Virus record (IMG/VR): IMGVR_UViG_3300037755_000512
Strand: one strand, 5' to 3'
DNA from: a virus
Length of the DNA: 64,000 nucleotides
Numbering within the stretch: position 1 is the first letter of the stretch; every line of letters starts with the position of its first letter. Position numbers and translations under genes: made by a program. Below are positions 18,301 to 27,764 of the stretch, piece after piece. The notes beneath the pieces were generated by a model that did not search any database, was not told where the DNA came from, and saw nothing but the letters and a program-made list of their open reading frames with translations.

Positions 18301-21181
18301 CATTAAGGTCCAGACCCAGCGTCTCAGCGCTTAATCCGATGGCCTCCAAAAATTGGACAACAACCTTCTTGACGCGAGTTGTGAAATCAGGCTGATCGAA
18401 ATGTCCGTCAGCAAAGTCGCCTAGGAAATCCACAAGCTGTTCATCGATAGGCTCTCCCTCGTTTCTTTTTGCATAAGACTCCATAGCACCCTCACCGGTA
18501 ACAAAAAGAACCTTGCCAGCCTCTTCAGCTAAAGCCCTGAACCTTTCTGGATTCTCAGCGGCCAAAGCATTGATAATAGGGTGAATAGCCTCATGGAATG
18601 GAGTATCGGATGTGTAATCAGGATGGTTAATATATATGGTTTTTGATTTTGGGTCATAGAAACCATTCTTACCGTCAGTGTCCTGACCTAGACCTTCCAG
18701 TATTTTTGCGCCAGCTTCATCGCCCTCGTATAACGCAAACTTGACATCAGGAACAATAACCCCAAGCGCCTTCCGTGAAGCGCCAATAACACCAGCGAGT
18801 CTCTTTCCTCTTGGTGTGGTTTGAGACTCCTGAAACTGTTTTAATTGAGTATCGTCAGAGATGATTTGTACCCCTGACTCATCAATGTCCACTTTTTGCT
18901 CCTGTTCACGTTCCGTGAACGTCTCGGTTTTCTGAACACCCTTTCTTTCCCTTACGAGGTCAATTATCTTGTCGCCAAGCTCCTTGTCGTTGTATATGGT
19001 TACACCTGTAAGATTTCCTTCTTCAATCCTCTTAGACACCTCTTCTTTCGTGGACTCCTTGTCGTCGATAAGATAGACAGGCTCCGCAGCCTCAGGCACC
19101 TTCACACCGGATATATCGTCAAGTACTTTTGCAACCCTTTCGGACTGAATTCCCTGTTCCTTGAATGCAGCCTCAAGCATAGGCATGTACTTAGCTTTAT
19201 CTTCTGCGACCAATCTTATAGCCTCATTATAGTTACTGTCAAGGTTAACTGCTTTTCTGACAGAAGCCCCAGCTGCTGGCAAACCAGACACAATGCTCGT
19301 CAAAACAAATGTCTCAAGTGATTGCTCAAAGAAGCTCTCGTTGCTCAGGTCATCACGACCGGTTATATGATTCGTGTATGATCTTACGGCCAGATCAGAT
19401 AGATTCTGAGAAAATTCCTGAAGATTTTCTCCGGCGATCTGTTTAGTTGTAAATACACCCGCCTCCTTGAGTGCCTCCTTGCGACTCATTCCCGCCCTAA
19501 TATTCTTGAGAAAACCCTTTGCCGCGTTATTTGTGTCAGCCCACAAGTATTTCTGTGGAGATATAAGCTCCAGAAGTGACTGCCCCGCAGCCGAGGTGTG
19601 AGCAAACCAATGCGCTTCGTCAGGACTTAACCCTTCGCTAATCGCAGTTTTTTTGTATTTATCAAAAGTCTGCAAGTATGAAGACCCAAACAAACCTATC
19701 GCAGAAGAAGCTTCAGACCCAACCCCTATGAATTTAGTTGCAGCCGATAGTTTGCTGGCACCATAAAACAAAGCAGCCATATCACCCCCAAGCTTAGCAG
19801 CCTTAGGAATTATAAGGTCAGACTGCCACACCTCATTACCATTTTTATCTATGTATACAAGTGGGCTGTTGTATTTTGATGGGATGGGAAACAGGGTGTC
19901 ATCAACAAAATTTGTCACTTCATCAACAGTGTCAACCCATTTATCCACAGCTCCATACTTGTTGTCAGCGTCAATAAAAGAAGGTAGCTTCAATATGTTA
20001 GCAAAAAACTCGGTAGCTGATCGTCCAAGCTGACTTCCTACGCCTTTCGCAAGTCCCTTTACTGGACCGAATCCATCAAACTGTGCATCTATCTTCTTTT
20101 GATTATTGATTTTGTCAAGCCTTTCGGAAAGCCTTTCATCAATTATTCCCTGATGGTTCTCAACAATAGACTTTGCTTCGCCAGATAACATCTCCTGATG
20201 CTTATACAGATTGCTCAGTTTGGCTAAACCAGGATCTTGGACCATTTTATTATAGGTCTGTACTAATGAGTTATGCCTGTCAGCATCTTCCTGAGATGTG
20301 ATTTTCTTTTCTGATTCGGATATGGTCTTTTGTATATCCTCAATAGCCTTTATCTTATTAGCAAAATCACCAGACTTCAATAAGCTCTCAGCCTTAGCGT
20401 TAAGAATAGCCTGATTAAACTGAATAGCTTCTTCTTTTAGTTGAAGACCTGTTTGTGTAGCTTCAGCATCTCGGTTCTTTGACGTCCATTCCTTTGCGGA
20501 CGCAAGCAACTCAGGACTTACTTCGTCAGGGTGCTCAATGGCGTATTCAGCCATATTGATTGCGTTGGCCTTATTTTTACTTTCCTCTATAGCCTTACTT
20601 TCAAGGTAATCTATCCTTCCTGATCTGCCTTCCTTTGCAGACCAGTCTTTGTACATTGAATAAATTAAAGAGGGATCATCGCTTTGTTCAAGCTCAGGCT
20701 CAACAGAATCATAATACTCGACAAACTTTCTTTTCTGAGCATCTTCATCCTCTGTCCCTGTGTATTTTTGTGCTGAAGAAAGCAACTCAGGACTTACTTC
20801 TTCGGGATGACTCAGGATGTACTCCTTCATCCCTTTAGCGGTTTTCTGCTCGTGGGTAGGTTCTTCTTTCTTATTCTCTTTTTGTTCCTTTTGAACCGGA
20901 GTAAGCCCTAGTTGACTTCGTAGGGTTGGATCATCTCTAAGAGCCTGTAAACCAGAAGGGGAGTAATCTATTGAGGAAGAACTTTTTTTTTTAAGTCCTA
21001 ATGTTTCTGCGAATGACTCATAAGTATCTGGGGCGTCAAGTCCAGAAGATTTTACGTAATCGTAATATTTCTTTGCGAACTCTTCGTCCTGAAGAGTGCG
21101 TGAGAAAGATTCAAATGTGTCCGGCACATCAGCCCCTGATTCCTTGAGGTAGTCGTAATATTTTTGTAGTTCTTCGTTCAT
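15314..21181 (-). CDS. giant virion protein (1955 aa; internal/ejection or tape-measure-like) with embedded HExxH motif
   Basis: Uninterrupted 5.9-kb ORF; N-terminal tandem ~30-aa repeats (KYYDYLKESGADVPDTFESF / KYYDYVKSSGLDAPDTYESF); long helical regions; FHEAIHPI zincin-like motif encoded near 18577-18600. Confidence 0.7.
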   Translation of the reverse strand: MNEELQKYYDYLKESGADVPDTFESFSRTLQDEEFAKKYYDYVKSSGLDAPDTYESFAETLGLKKKSSSSIDYSPSGLQALRDDPTLRSQLGLTPVQKEQKENKKEEPTHEQKTAKGMKEYILSHPEEVSPELLSSAQKYTGTEDEDAQKRKFVEYYDSVEPELEQSDDPSLIYSMYKDWSAKEGRSGRIDYLESKAIEESKNKANAINMAEYAIEHPDEVSPELLASAKEWTSKNRDAEATQTGLQLKEEAIQFNQAILNAKAESLLKSGDFANKIKAIEDIQKTISESEKKITSQEDADRHNSLVQTYNKMVQDPGLAKLSNLYKHQEMLSGEAKSIVENHQGIIDERLSERLDKINNQKKIDAQFDGFGPVKGLAKGVGSQLGRSATEFFANILKLPSFIDADNKYGAVDKWVDTVDEVTNFVDDTLFPIPSKYNSPLVYIDKNGNEVWQSDLIIPKAAKLGGDMAALFYGASKLSAATKFIGVGSEASSAIGLFGSSYLQTFDKYKKTAISEGLSPDEAHWFAHTSAAGQSLLELISPQKYLWADTNNAAKGFLKNIRAGMSRKEALKEAGVFTTKQIAGENLQEFSQNLSDLAVRSYTNHITGRDDLSNESFFEQSLETFVLTSIVSGLPAAGASVRKAVNLDSNYNEAIRLVAEDKAKYMPMLEAAFKEQGIQSERVAKVLDDISGVKVPEAAEPVYLIDDKESTKEEVSKRIEEGNLTGVTIYNDKELGDKIIDLVRERKGVQKTETFTEREQEQKVDIDESGVQIISDDTQLKQFQESQTTPRGKRLAGVIGASRKALGVIVPDVKFALYEGDEAGAKILEGLGQDTDGKNGFYDPKSKTIYINHPDYTSDTPFHEAIHPIINALAAENPERFRALAEEAGKVLFVTGEGAMESYAKRNEGEPIDEQLVDFLGDFADGHFDQPDFTTRVKKVVVQFLEAIGLSAETLGLDLNDAATLKDVARTISQAFNEGRAIKVGKSATAKESVQAAKKAPRRPDSDQAAVIDSEDVSTSKKGKTQKLKYTKDENDRLINRTAWRVGNDVSTVWSDLRKNVLENPDDYKHKVINIAEATGDISRMTRAERQRIMDDYTDMLGKIDLNNNIGVLTFINAMNLARAMGQDTKPLFDQIKKLGTFAGQVLRQIAEFSTETPEGIIDYVKEYLGNSNQFLTDEQETELTKLSDEFLKAKGEHQKAIDDFIKNPSKQGEDKIEEIEKKKSEAFDKIHNFVGLLLPQSDLLGTILKGNLMAPVSIVTNVVGNIVFVPARQAELAAKDVVSFASTKEAKKIPVSVSLQAAAGAIVEAIVHTPTILKNTWAGETSMVESEKVERAGTLRPLVAWWQLLTKKGRSTLPVNARGNVKLLTYLSKLAEGTIGVPATFWFRALYATDAPFRIAARRAQAFRIYAQKGGRGNVFSLDFHKFLANMTGEMLDQLEVAEREATWTDKRTLSEGTKKFIKAAKGIGDETIQKLPVVGTVGKLAFSAMAPFVQVPANLIQMTIEMTMPAIPFSASLYHSGRAIKTKGEERAKHIQEATKYMTRAAVAFGVAKIADIMISSGAVVATLGDDDDKERGIKYQLFGGGNKVNVTLAMLAFYDVLNGTNLAKERGQQKGDTIWGMEKLGPIGVAILARANAAERMKKKEGIEFESLSDFSFDRQLSLLSAVFRTSLEIPFMQGTANMIKAAEADGFQHLVTSIMDTMSSVAIPNVAAAVARGRREYILTGKDNDIIEAWLEKQSLKDPFFPSLEDSRTGVYPILSMWGEKVKQNRSEGNPIMNQFFNVFRSEKLTDPLTIDLYNLVKKNDEGFPITHPDPNIEIPYIEDKDGRVLPIDGEYDEEDVRIKKVNVKLDEKDYVAAQQIAGQTKRAFIATFVEGDEWTEYSDEEKILVLSSINQVYNRAAREYVKARVLKSISENEASLNPFNKTYKYFEKEAYSSTEAERIVKEIKEE

Positions 21182-22474
21182 TTATTTCCATTTACGTTCC
21201 CTGCTGTACCCGTTGGGTTTGGTCACCTGCGATCCGGATGGCGTTCCTTTGTCCTTAACCCAGCCCAAGAAATTCTGAACTGTAGATGGATTTGAAAGAT
21301 CAACAGTAAAAGAAACCTCTCCTGAAGCTGGTTTCTTTCCAGCGCGGACGTTATTGAAAATGTCTTTGCTGTATCTCAATGGCGTAATGGTTAGCAGCGA
21401 TCCGTTCCTTTTTACATCAAAACCAGAAACACTTCCGCTGGAAGCCTTATTCTCAACATAAGGAGCCAGAGCTTGCTCGGGATTAATCTTTAAGTTCTCG
21501 AAGAAATCCAAGGCCGCTTTCTTCTCTTCCTCAGCCTTTTTGTCTGAGGCTGTTGGTCTGGTTATAATCTTCTCTATTCCCTTTGTTTCTCTTGCTTTAA
21601 GCTCTTCAACTTTACCCACGTACTGTCTGGCGAATTCAAGCGTTGCTTGGTGCTTAGCCTCGGTGTTACCCGAATCAACAGCACCCTTGGCCTTATTTGA
21701 TTCTAGGGCCATATTCTCCATGACAGCCCAAAACCTCGGGTCTTTTTCCGCCAGCTGCTCGATTGTTTCATTTGAGATAGTAAGAACTTCTTTACCATTT
21801 TCATCCATCGAATAAACAGTTGGAAGAAATTCCTTCTGTCCACTGTAAAGAATATTGTTAGTTATACGACGATATGGCGACACAGATCTCTTGCCACTAC
21901 CAAGTTCTTTGGTAATAAAGTCAACCGCATTAAAATACTGTGGATCGGTACTGAATTCATTCACAAGGTCGATACCACCCCTATCCTGAACAGGTAGGTT
22001 GATATACTCTTCAAGTCTTTTCCTCATTTCAAGCTGTTTACCATGAGGGGCGTTCTTCATAAACTCACGTGCGGCTGTAGCAACATTCTTAGAGGTAGTT
22101 AACCCATTGCGGATCGACATAAGCTCCTTTTTTTTATCAAAAAGCTTTTTCTGGAATTCTGGAGTGTTGTAGTCTTTTAATTTTTTGCCCCTGAATATAT
22201 TAGTAAACTCATCACGGGCAGCAACAACAGATTGCATCATTGACTCGTAATCTTTCCCCTCAAGACCATCGACCAGTTTGTTTAGGTTATCAGTCTCAGC
22301 TCTCTGAAGATCATAGAAGTCAGTGCTGTCTTTGTATTTCTTGTCGACAGCAGCCTGAACATCCTTTGATGCCTGCTGGAACTGGTCAAATTCCTGATCA
22401 AGATTCACACTCAAAGCAGGGGCTCTGAAGTCCCTTTCTCCGCTACGAATAGTTTCTACTCTTGGCGTGTACAT
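21182..22474 (-). CDS. virion structural protein (430 aa)
   Basis: ORF tightly packed (adjacent coordinates) with flanking structural genes. Confidence 0.5.
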   Translation of the reverse strand: MYTPRVETIRSGERDFRAPALSVNLDQEFDQFQQASKDVQAAVDKKYKDSTDFYDLQRAETDNLNKLVDGLEGKDYESMMQSVVAARDEFTNIFRGKKLKDYNTPEFQKKLFDKKKELMSIRNGLTTSKNVATAAREFMKNAPHGKQLEMRKRLEEYINLPVQDRGGIDLVNEFSTDPQYFNAVDFITKELGSGKRSVSPYRRITNNILYSGQKEFLPTVYSMDENGKEVLTISNETIEQLAEKDPRFWAVMENMALESNKAKGAVDSGNTEAKHQATLEFARQYVGKVEELKARETKGIEKIITRPTASDKKAEEEKKAALDFFENLKINPEQALAPYVENKASSGSVSGFDVKRNGSLLTITPLRYSKDIFNNVRAGKKPASGEVSFTVDLSNPSTVQNFLGWVKDKGTPSGSQVTKPNGYSRERKWK

Positions 22475-23130
22475 TATGCCTGTTGTTTAGCTGAATACAG
22501 GCCACCAAGGAAACTTCCGGCTCCTGAGATAAGATTGCCAGTAAGTCCGGATGAGTCGATTTCAGCTTGAGTTGCGGCACCCTTCAATGAATAGCCAGCT
22601 GCTATTTTCCCCTGAGCCAATTCAAGTCTTTGAAGAAACGGCATATTGACGTTTTGGTCGTATTGGATCCCATGATAGTCGGCCAGAAGCTGATTGGCGT
22701 TCAATACATTTCCGATATCCTGATTTCTCTCCTGAGCGCCAGCAACGGCTGCCTGAGTGTTTAGCTCGTTAGTTTGACCTTGTAGTTTTGATATTGCCGC
22801 CAAAGCATCTGATCCGGATGTCGCAGTTCTTTTAACAAGTCCGGCAGAACTAGCCAGAGCAGCGTTGTTTTTCTCCTCAAGAGCCTGCTGGATTCTGTTT
22901 GTGCCTAATTCATTCTGAGCCAATGCGAGAGATGCCCTTGCTTCATCGGGGATCTCAAAAGGATTTTCTTCCCTGAAGGCCAAAGCCTTTTCCGCCGCAG
23001 CTTCGCCCCGTCTAATGAGTTTACTGCCCTCACGCGACCTTCTTTTGGCAGCTCTTCTTTTTCCGATACCAGAAAATAGTCCGCCTATTAATTTTGCTCC
23101 ACCTGCTATTGCTGCTGCTGTTACCGGCAT
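22474..23130 (-). CDS. virion protein with Gly-rich N-terminus (218 aa)
   Basis: MPVTAAAIAGGAKLIGGLFSGIGK... then a coiled-coil region. Confidence 0.5.
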   Translation of the reverse strand: MPVTAAAIAGGAKLIGGLFSGIGKRRAAKRRSREGSKLIRRGEAAAEKALAFREENPFEIPDEARASLALAQNELGTNRIQQALEEKNNAALASSAGLVKRTATSGSDALAAISKLQGQTNELNTQAAVAGAQERNQDIGNVLNANQLLADYHGIQYDQNVNMPFLQRLELAQGKIAAGYSLKGAATQAEIDSSGLTGNLISGAGSFLGGLYSAKQQA

Positions 23131-23543
23131 AATTGTAATCTTGTTATTGAATTATTGGATTCTACTACCTGCATACCCATGCGTTTTAACCATTTAATTG
23201 CTCTGGTGTTATTGCTCCATAAAAAGCATCCGAACCGATTCCCCAAATTAGACACTATCTCTTCCCAGAATTTTTGCAACCCTCTCGGAGATCGGTTGTT
23301 GATGTTGAGACCAAAACTCACCAGTAACACAGGGTCCTTCATCCAAAATATGTAGCCGGTCTCAAGAGTTTTAAAAGCACACTCTCCCAATTTTAGATAC
23401 TGATCTATCTTTTTGCAAACGTCGTTAACCAGTTCATCCAGATCACTGTATTCTATGTTTGGATCTGAGAATTTACTCATCAGCTCCCCATCACCCTTAA
23501 AGGCGTCACGTATACTGGTCTTAAAGCCGTCTATTGTACGCAA
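23121..23543 (-). CDS. hypothetical protein
   Basis: 140-aa ORF; the TACGCAAAGATAGT promoter-like box lies just upstream (23548-23561). Confidence 0.45.
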   Translation of the reverse strand: MRTIDGFKTSIRDAFKGDGELMSKFSDPNIEYSDLDELVNDVCKKIDQYLKLGECAFKTLETGYIFWMKDPVLLVSFGLNINNRSPRGLQKFWEEIVSNLGNRFGCFLWSNNTRAIKWLKRMGMQVVESNNSITRLQLCR

Positions 23544-23574
23544 AGATAGTATAAATTACGTGTAAAATAAGAAT

Positions 23575-26500
23575 TTAAAGCTCGTGGCCTCGACTTACCT
23601 CAAACCCTACCTTGGCGTACAGAAGGTATTTATTGATTCCTGACAGCATTGTAATCCGACATTGAGCGGTGTTGCTGTACATAGTGTCCCCATCCAAAAC
23701 TCCGCCGGTGTTTTTGTCGCCCCTGATCTCACCGTATACCATGTTTTCATTCACCTCGAACTCATCCCACAGAATGTCTGTCGTTTGATTGTGTCTGTTG
23801 TATACGTCTGTCTTCAGACCGTTAGTAATCACCTTTTGATCCACACCATTAAAGGCATATAGATTAGGGGAGCACCCAACCCCCAATGAAAGCCACTCCT
23901 TAACAAAGTCAGGACCGTCATTAAATGATAGCTCAACCATAGAGTCAAAATCAACACCATAGAACCTATTGTTGTTAACAGTGTCATTATGTTTGTACAG
24001 CACACCACCCTTTATTGAATACATTGAATTACTTCCGACAACATACCCCTCCGGGGCGAAATCAAAGAACGATATCCATCTCTCTTTCACTAAAGACCAC
24101 CCTATTGTTTTTCTGGTATTTGTAGCAGCGTTGGTAAATGTCACAAACAGGATTTTGTAGAATGGATCATATCCAGTCACCACCTCATCATCCTCACTAT
24201 TCAGAGCAGCCTGATCTTCAAAATGTGTTACTGCCTTGTATTCTGATATAGGGAATATCCCATTGGTAGCGTACCTACAGAATGACCTTGAAAGTTTGTC
24301 GAAGAAATATACATACCCATCCTCTTCATGAACAGACTCCGGATGAAGTGTTCCAAATCCTGACTTTTGTTTTCGAACATCTCCAACAACTTTTGTTGCG
24401 CCTATAAGGAATGAAGAAGTTCCCGTTGTTAATCTTGCCTCATCTATATATATAGAGTACGTATCGGAGTTGGAAACAGCCAATAGCACGTCCCCTTCTG
24501 TTGCTTCCTTGTTTGTTGATTGAAGTCTTTGAATTGTCCCCGATTCAACAGGTATGTTGCCTTCGTCACCAGAATCAAAATCACTCAAGCCATTTATTTT
24601 TGTTCCAGCAATAAACGTAGCTGAATGACGGAAGTATGCAGATTTCAAAACCTCACCAACAGGTGTTTGTATAAATGGACGACCGATGTCAGTGTTCCAA
24701 ATGCTGTTGTTGTCTAGCGATATTGTTTTGAACGCAGCACTTGTGTCGGTCTTCTCTACCTCGGTGTTCTGAACATACACCTCTCTGCCGGTTATTACGG
24801 TATCACCCTCTATTACGCCTGACGTTACAGAAAACAATGGCGTAGTGGATGTTTGTATGATTTTGTAAGTATGACCTATTTCATAGAACACCACATCAGC
24901 CCCCCCCGTGGTTATTGGCCTGTATATTTCTATCTCGTTGTAGGCGAGTTCGGTTAATGGAACCTCCATATCGCCGCGTTCGCACAACAGGTATTCACCG
25001 TCGAATGACTTGATAACAAGATCAAGGTCGTACTTGGTAGACGTGCCGACTTGCTTCAGTAAAATTCTGTCACCCTCAACAAAGGAATAACTCAATCCGT
25101 TTAATGGAAAATTTTTAATATTAACCCTTACGTAAGGATAGTTTTTATACAGATTAGATCCGTCGCCATGATATATGTCTTCGCTTGAGTCGCTTTTAAC
25201 TCTATAATAATGAACATCAATAGAGTAATTCTCTACGAACCAACTCTTTTTCAAGTTCTTCGTAAGAACAATGCTAAACGTATCAGCCCACGAAGGTATG
25301 TTATCATGAGTGCTTAGCGACCAATTAATCTTGATGCTGTTAACTTTCCTGTCCGGCGTGTCAATTTGAAGCGACTCTTTAGTGAGTACGCCGCACTTTT
25401 GTCCTTCGCTGTCGCTATATAATATACCAAGCTTATACGAACTATCAGATGGAAATGTCTTTGTTCCTTCAAGATCAGATAGTAAAGGATTGAAGTTCAC
25501 CAACACATCGGCCTGAGTCAACACATAGGTATAGGTATAGTACTGCTCTCCTCCGGCATGTGGTGATGGTGGTGGTGTTTGGCTTGTATAATCACTCTGA
25601 GGAATGTTTGTAAACCCTGAATGCCTTGAAAGCGGAGCATCCCCTGTCCCCCATGTAGGGGTGTACTCAACAACATCAATAACGCCGTCCCTCTTTATTA
25701 TATATTGAAAAGACGTGTCCCATACAACGGTTTCAGTGGATATTAGAATCCACTTCCAAGGCGGTCCATTGCCAAGTGCTTCGTAGGTTTTTTTTACCAA
25801 CGTATAAACACTGTATGTAGATGGGGTTGCTGACTCAGCAACCTCAATACCATACTCAAGATCTACATCCTCTGGCGTGTCATACCCCTCTAATATGTTA
25901 CCCATCCATAATCTACTCTTACTCAATGACATAGATCCAGCGCGTCTTGGCACCAAAGAGTATGGCTGAGACAAGAATGGATCTAACAGGTTGCCGTTGG
26001 TATTGTTATAAAAATCAAAATACAGCACATCAAACACACCAGCACTTCGCTTTAATCTTCCTATTTCAAAGAAAGAGCCGGTGTTGTTTACCCGCGCCGA
26101 AATGACTATCTCCTTAACCTTAACTGGTATCTCTTCATCTGCGGGAATAGTTACCCTTACTTTCTTGTAATCCTCCTGAATAACACTTCTTGTGCATAGC
26201 GATGAGTATGGTGAGAGCACAGAAATTTGGTTGTCATAGTATTCATAATGATAAGCATATTGAAAACTAAAGTCATTGATCAGGTTAGCTAAAATATACT
26301 CATGAACCTTAACGGTTCCTGTTTCACCAACTGGTGACGGAGAAACTCCAGCAAACGTATTTGATGAAAACGAATTGTATGTGTATACATTCCCATTAAT
26401 GACAATATTGCCCCGTTGAGGCAACGACGGATCTATTGTTGTTGTTACCGAGAGGGTTGTTGTTGTTGTCGAAGACTCAGTGTAAGAACCAAGCTCATCA

Positions 26501-27024
26501 CCATAAAATAGCTTCTCGAATGTAGGCGGAAGGGTAGGCCCTCTATGAATAACTAAAATCTCCTCTTCCTTGACAGGCGGAGTTACGGCATGTCTTGTTC
26601 TGTGAATGCAACGTGGTTTGTTAAAATTGTCTGTCAGGAATATAAGGTCACCAGCGATTCCTCCTCCGTTAATTCTATGCTCCTTCAATGGGCTGAAGTT
26701 CAATCCAGACCATGTTATTACATTTGTAACTACATCTTTATTTAACTCAAGGACACAATTCTTGTCGGGGTCCGTGTTATAGAAACAAAGAAAATGTACA
26801 TCGTCAGTTACAGACCTGATACCCCCTATAAACTTGGAGTTTGTGTCAAGAAAAGATCCTGTATTAACAACAGTAGTCCCACGAACATTCTCAATAGCGC
26901 CTCTTTGGGAGGCCTGAGAACGACCGGAAATAAAGTTGGCCGCGAACTGATAGTCATCAGGAGATAAAATCTCAACCGAATCGTCGGTATTGAGACCACC
27001 AGTAAACGTTCTGATTTGTTCCAT
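23575..27024 (-). CDS. tail fibre/tailspike-like protein (1149 aa)
   Basis: Large beta-rich ORF with poly-Thr linker and a GVSPSPVGETGTV module shared with the 265-aa protein at 27764-28561. Confidence 0.6.
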   Translation of the reverse strand: MEQIRTFTGGLNTDDSVEILSPDDYQFAANFISGRSQASQRGAIENVRGTTVVNTGSFLDTNSKFIGGIRSVTDDVHFLCFYNTDPDKNCVLELNKDVVTNVITWSGLNFSPLKEHRINGGGIAGDLIFLTDNFNKPRCIHRTRHAVTPPVKEEEILVIHRGPTLPPTFEKLFYGDELGSYTESSTTTTTLSVTTTIDPSLPQRGNIVINGNVYTYNSFSSNTFAGVSPSPVGETGTVKVHEYILANLINDFSFQYAYHYEYYDNQISVLSPYSSLCTRSVIQEDYKKVRVTIPADEEIPVKVKEIVISARVNNTGSFFEIGRLKRSAGVFDVLYFDFYNNTNGNLLDPFLSQPYSLVPRRAGSMSLSKSRLWMGNILEGYDTPEDVDLEYGIEVAESATPSTYSVYTLVKKTYEALGNGPPWKWILISTETVVWDTSFQYIIKRDGVIDVVEYTPTWGTGDAPLSRHSGFTNIPQSDYTSQTPPPSPHAGGEQYYTYTYVLTQADVLVNFNPLLSDLEGTKTFPSDSSYKLGILYSDSEGQKCGVLTKESLQIDTPDRKVNSIKINWSLSTHDNIPSWADTFSIVLTKNLKKSWFVENYSIDVHYYRVKSDSSEDIYHGDGSNLYKNYPYVRVNIKNFPLNGLSYSFVEGDRILLKQVGTSTKYDLDLVIKSFDGEYLLCERGDMEVPLTELAYNEIEIYRPITTGGADVVFYEIGHTYKIIQTSTTPLFSVTSGVIEGDTVITGREVYVQNTEVEKTDTSAAFKTISLDNNSIWNTDIGRPFIQTPVGEVLKSAYFRHSATFIAGTKINGLSDFDSGDEGNIPVESGTIQRLQSTNKEATEGDVLLAVSNSDTYSIYIDEARLTTGTSSFLIGATKVVGDVRKQKSGFGTLHPESVHEEDGYVYFFDKLSRSFCRYATNGIFPISEYKAVTHFEDQAALNSEDDEVVTGYDPFYKILFVTFTNAATNTRKTIGWSLVKERWISFFDFAPEGYVVGSNSMYSIKGGVLYKHNDTVNNNRFYGVDFDSMVELSFNDGPDFVKEWLSLGVGCSPNLYAFNGVDQKVITNGLKTDVYNRHNQTTDILWDEFEVNENMVYGEIRGDKNTGGVLDGDTMYSNTAQCRITMLSGINKYLLYAKVGFEVSRGHEL

Positions 27025-27764
27025 TAACCCTTAACAGCTAGATTTACATTTCTACGCATAGCCCTCTTGATTTCGGTTGCGGTCATTTTTCCCTTTCTGG
27101 CGCGCAGCTTTCTGTATTCGTTATAGAATTCTCTCCTGCGATAATCAATCTCCCTGTATTCCTTGAAGTACACGGCTTTCTGCCATCCTATAAACTCAAG
27201 CACAGCTCGTTGAGCAAATGGATGGATCACCGATTTGTTGGACGTCTTCTTCGGTAGAGTGAGATATGAAAGATGAACCTCTGTCGCTGAGTTTTTGTTG
27301 TCGATACGGATGATTCCCAACTCGAGATTAACAGTGTATCCTTCGTCCCAAGTTACGTTTCTTCCGAACTGCTTCCCCTTATAGTTGCCGTACTCATTAT
27401 AGAAATTCTCCAGATATGTACCGATGTTGTTAAAGTTCTGGCCATACACATATTGGTCTGATGTGCTTGGAAATGCTGCGCCACTATTGTCTCTTGGGTT
27501 AAGCCTCCTGTCGAAACCGAAATCTCGTATCTTATCACCCGTCTCATAACCAACCGCTACAACCTCAACACAATCACTTGGAATAGTTACCTCATTACCA
27601 TCGCTTACAGGCAACACAACCCTCTTCAGCTTCCCAACAGAATCGAAGTGCATTTCATCCAGTCCCTGCTTTGCAATAACAAGCATAGGCACATAGTAGT
27701 GCATAGGCAACCTAGCCAAGCTAAGGTATCGTCTTATAATAGCATCTAATGTTATGTCTACCAT
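27024..27764 (-). CDS. virion/tail protein (246 aa)
   Basis: ORF abutting (stop/start adjacent) the structural genes on both sides. Confidence 0.5.
   Translation of the reverse strand: MVDITLDAIIRRYLSLARLPMHYYVPMLVIAKQGLDEMHFDSVGKLKRVVLPVSDGNEVTIPSDCVEVVAVGYETGDKIRDFGFDRRLNPRDNSGAAFPSTSDQYVYGQNFNNIGTYLENFYNEYGNYKGKQFGRNVTWDEGYTVNLELGIIRIDNKNSATEVHLSYLTLPKKTSNKSVIHPFAQRAVLEFIGWQKAVYFKEYREIDYRRREFYNEYRKLRARKGKMTATEIKRAMRRNVNLAVKG

Noticed and set aside
15720-20838. Numerous 60-160-aa plus-strand ORFs nested inside the 1955-aa, 1859-aa and 1149-aa minus-strand genes
   Set aside because: They are antisense to long uninterrupted ORFs with consistent structural-gene context and show no independent start or RBS context; treated as shadow ORFs
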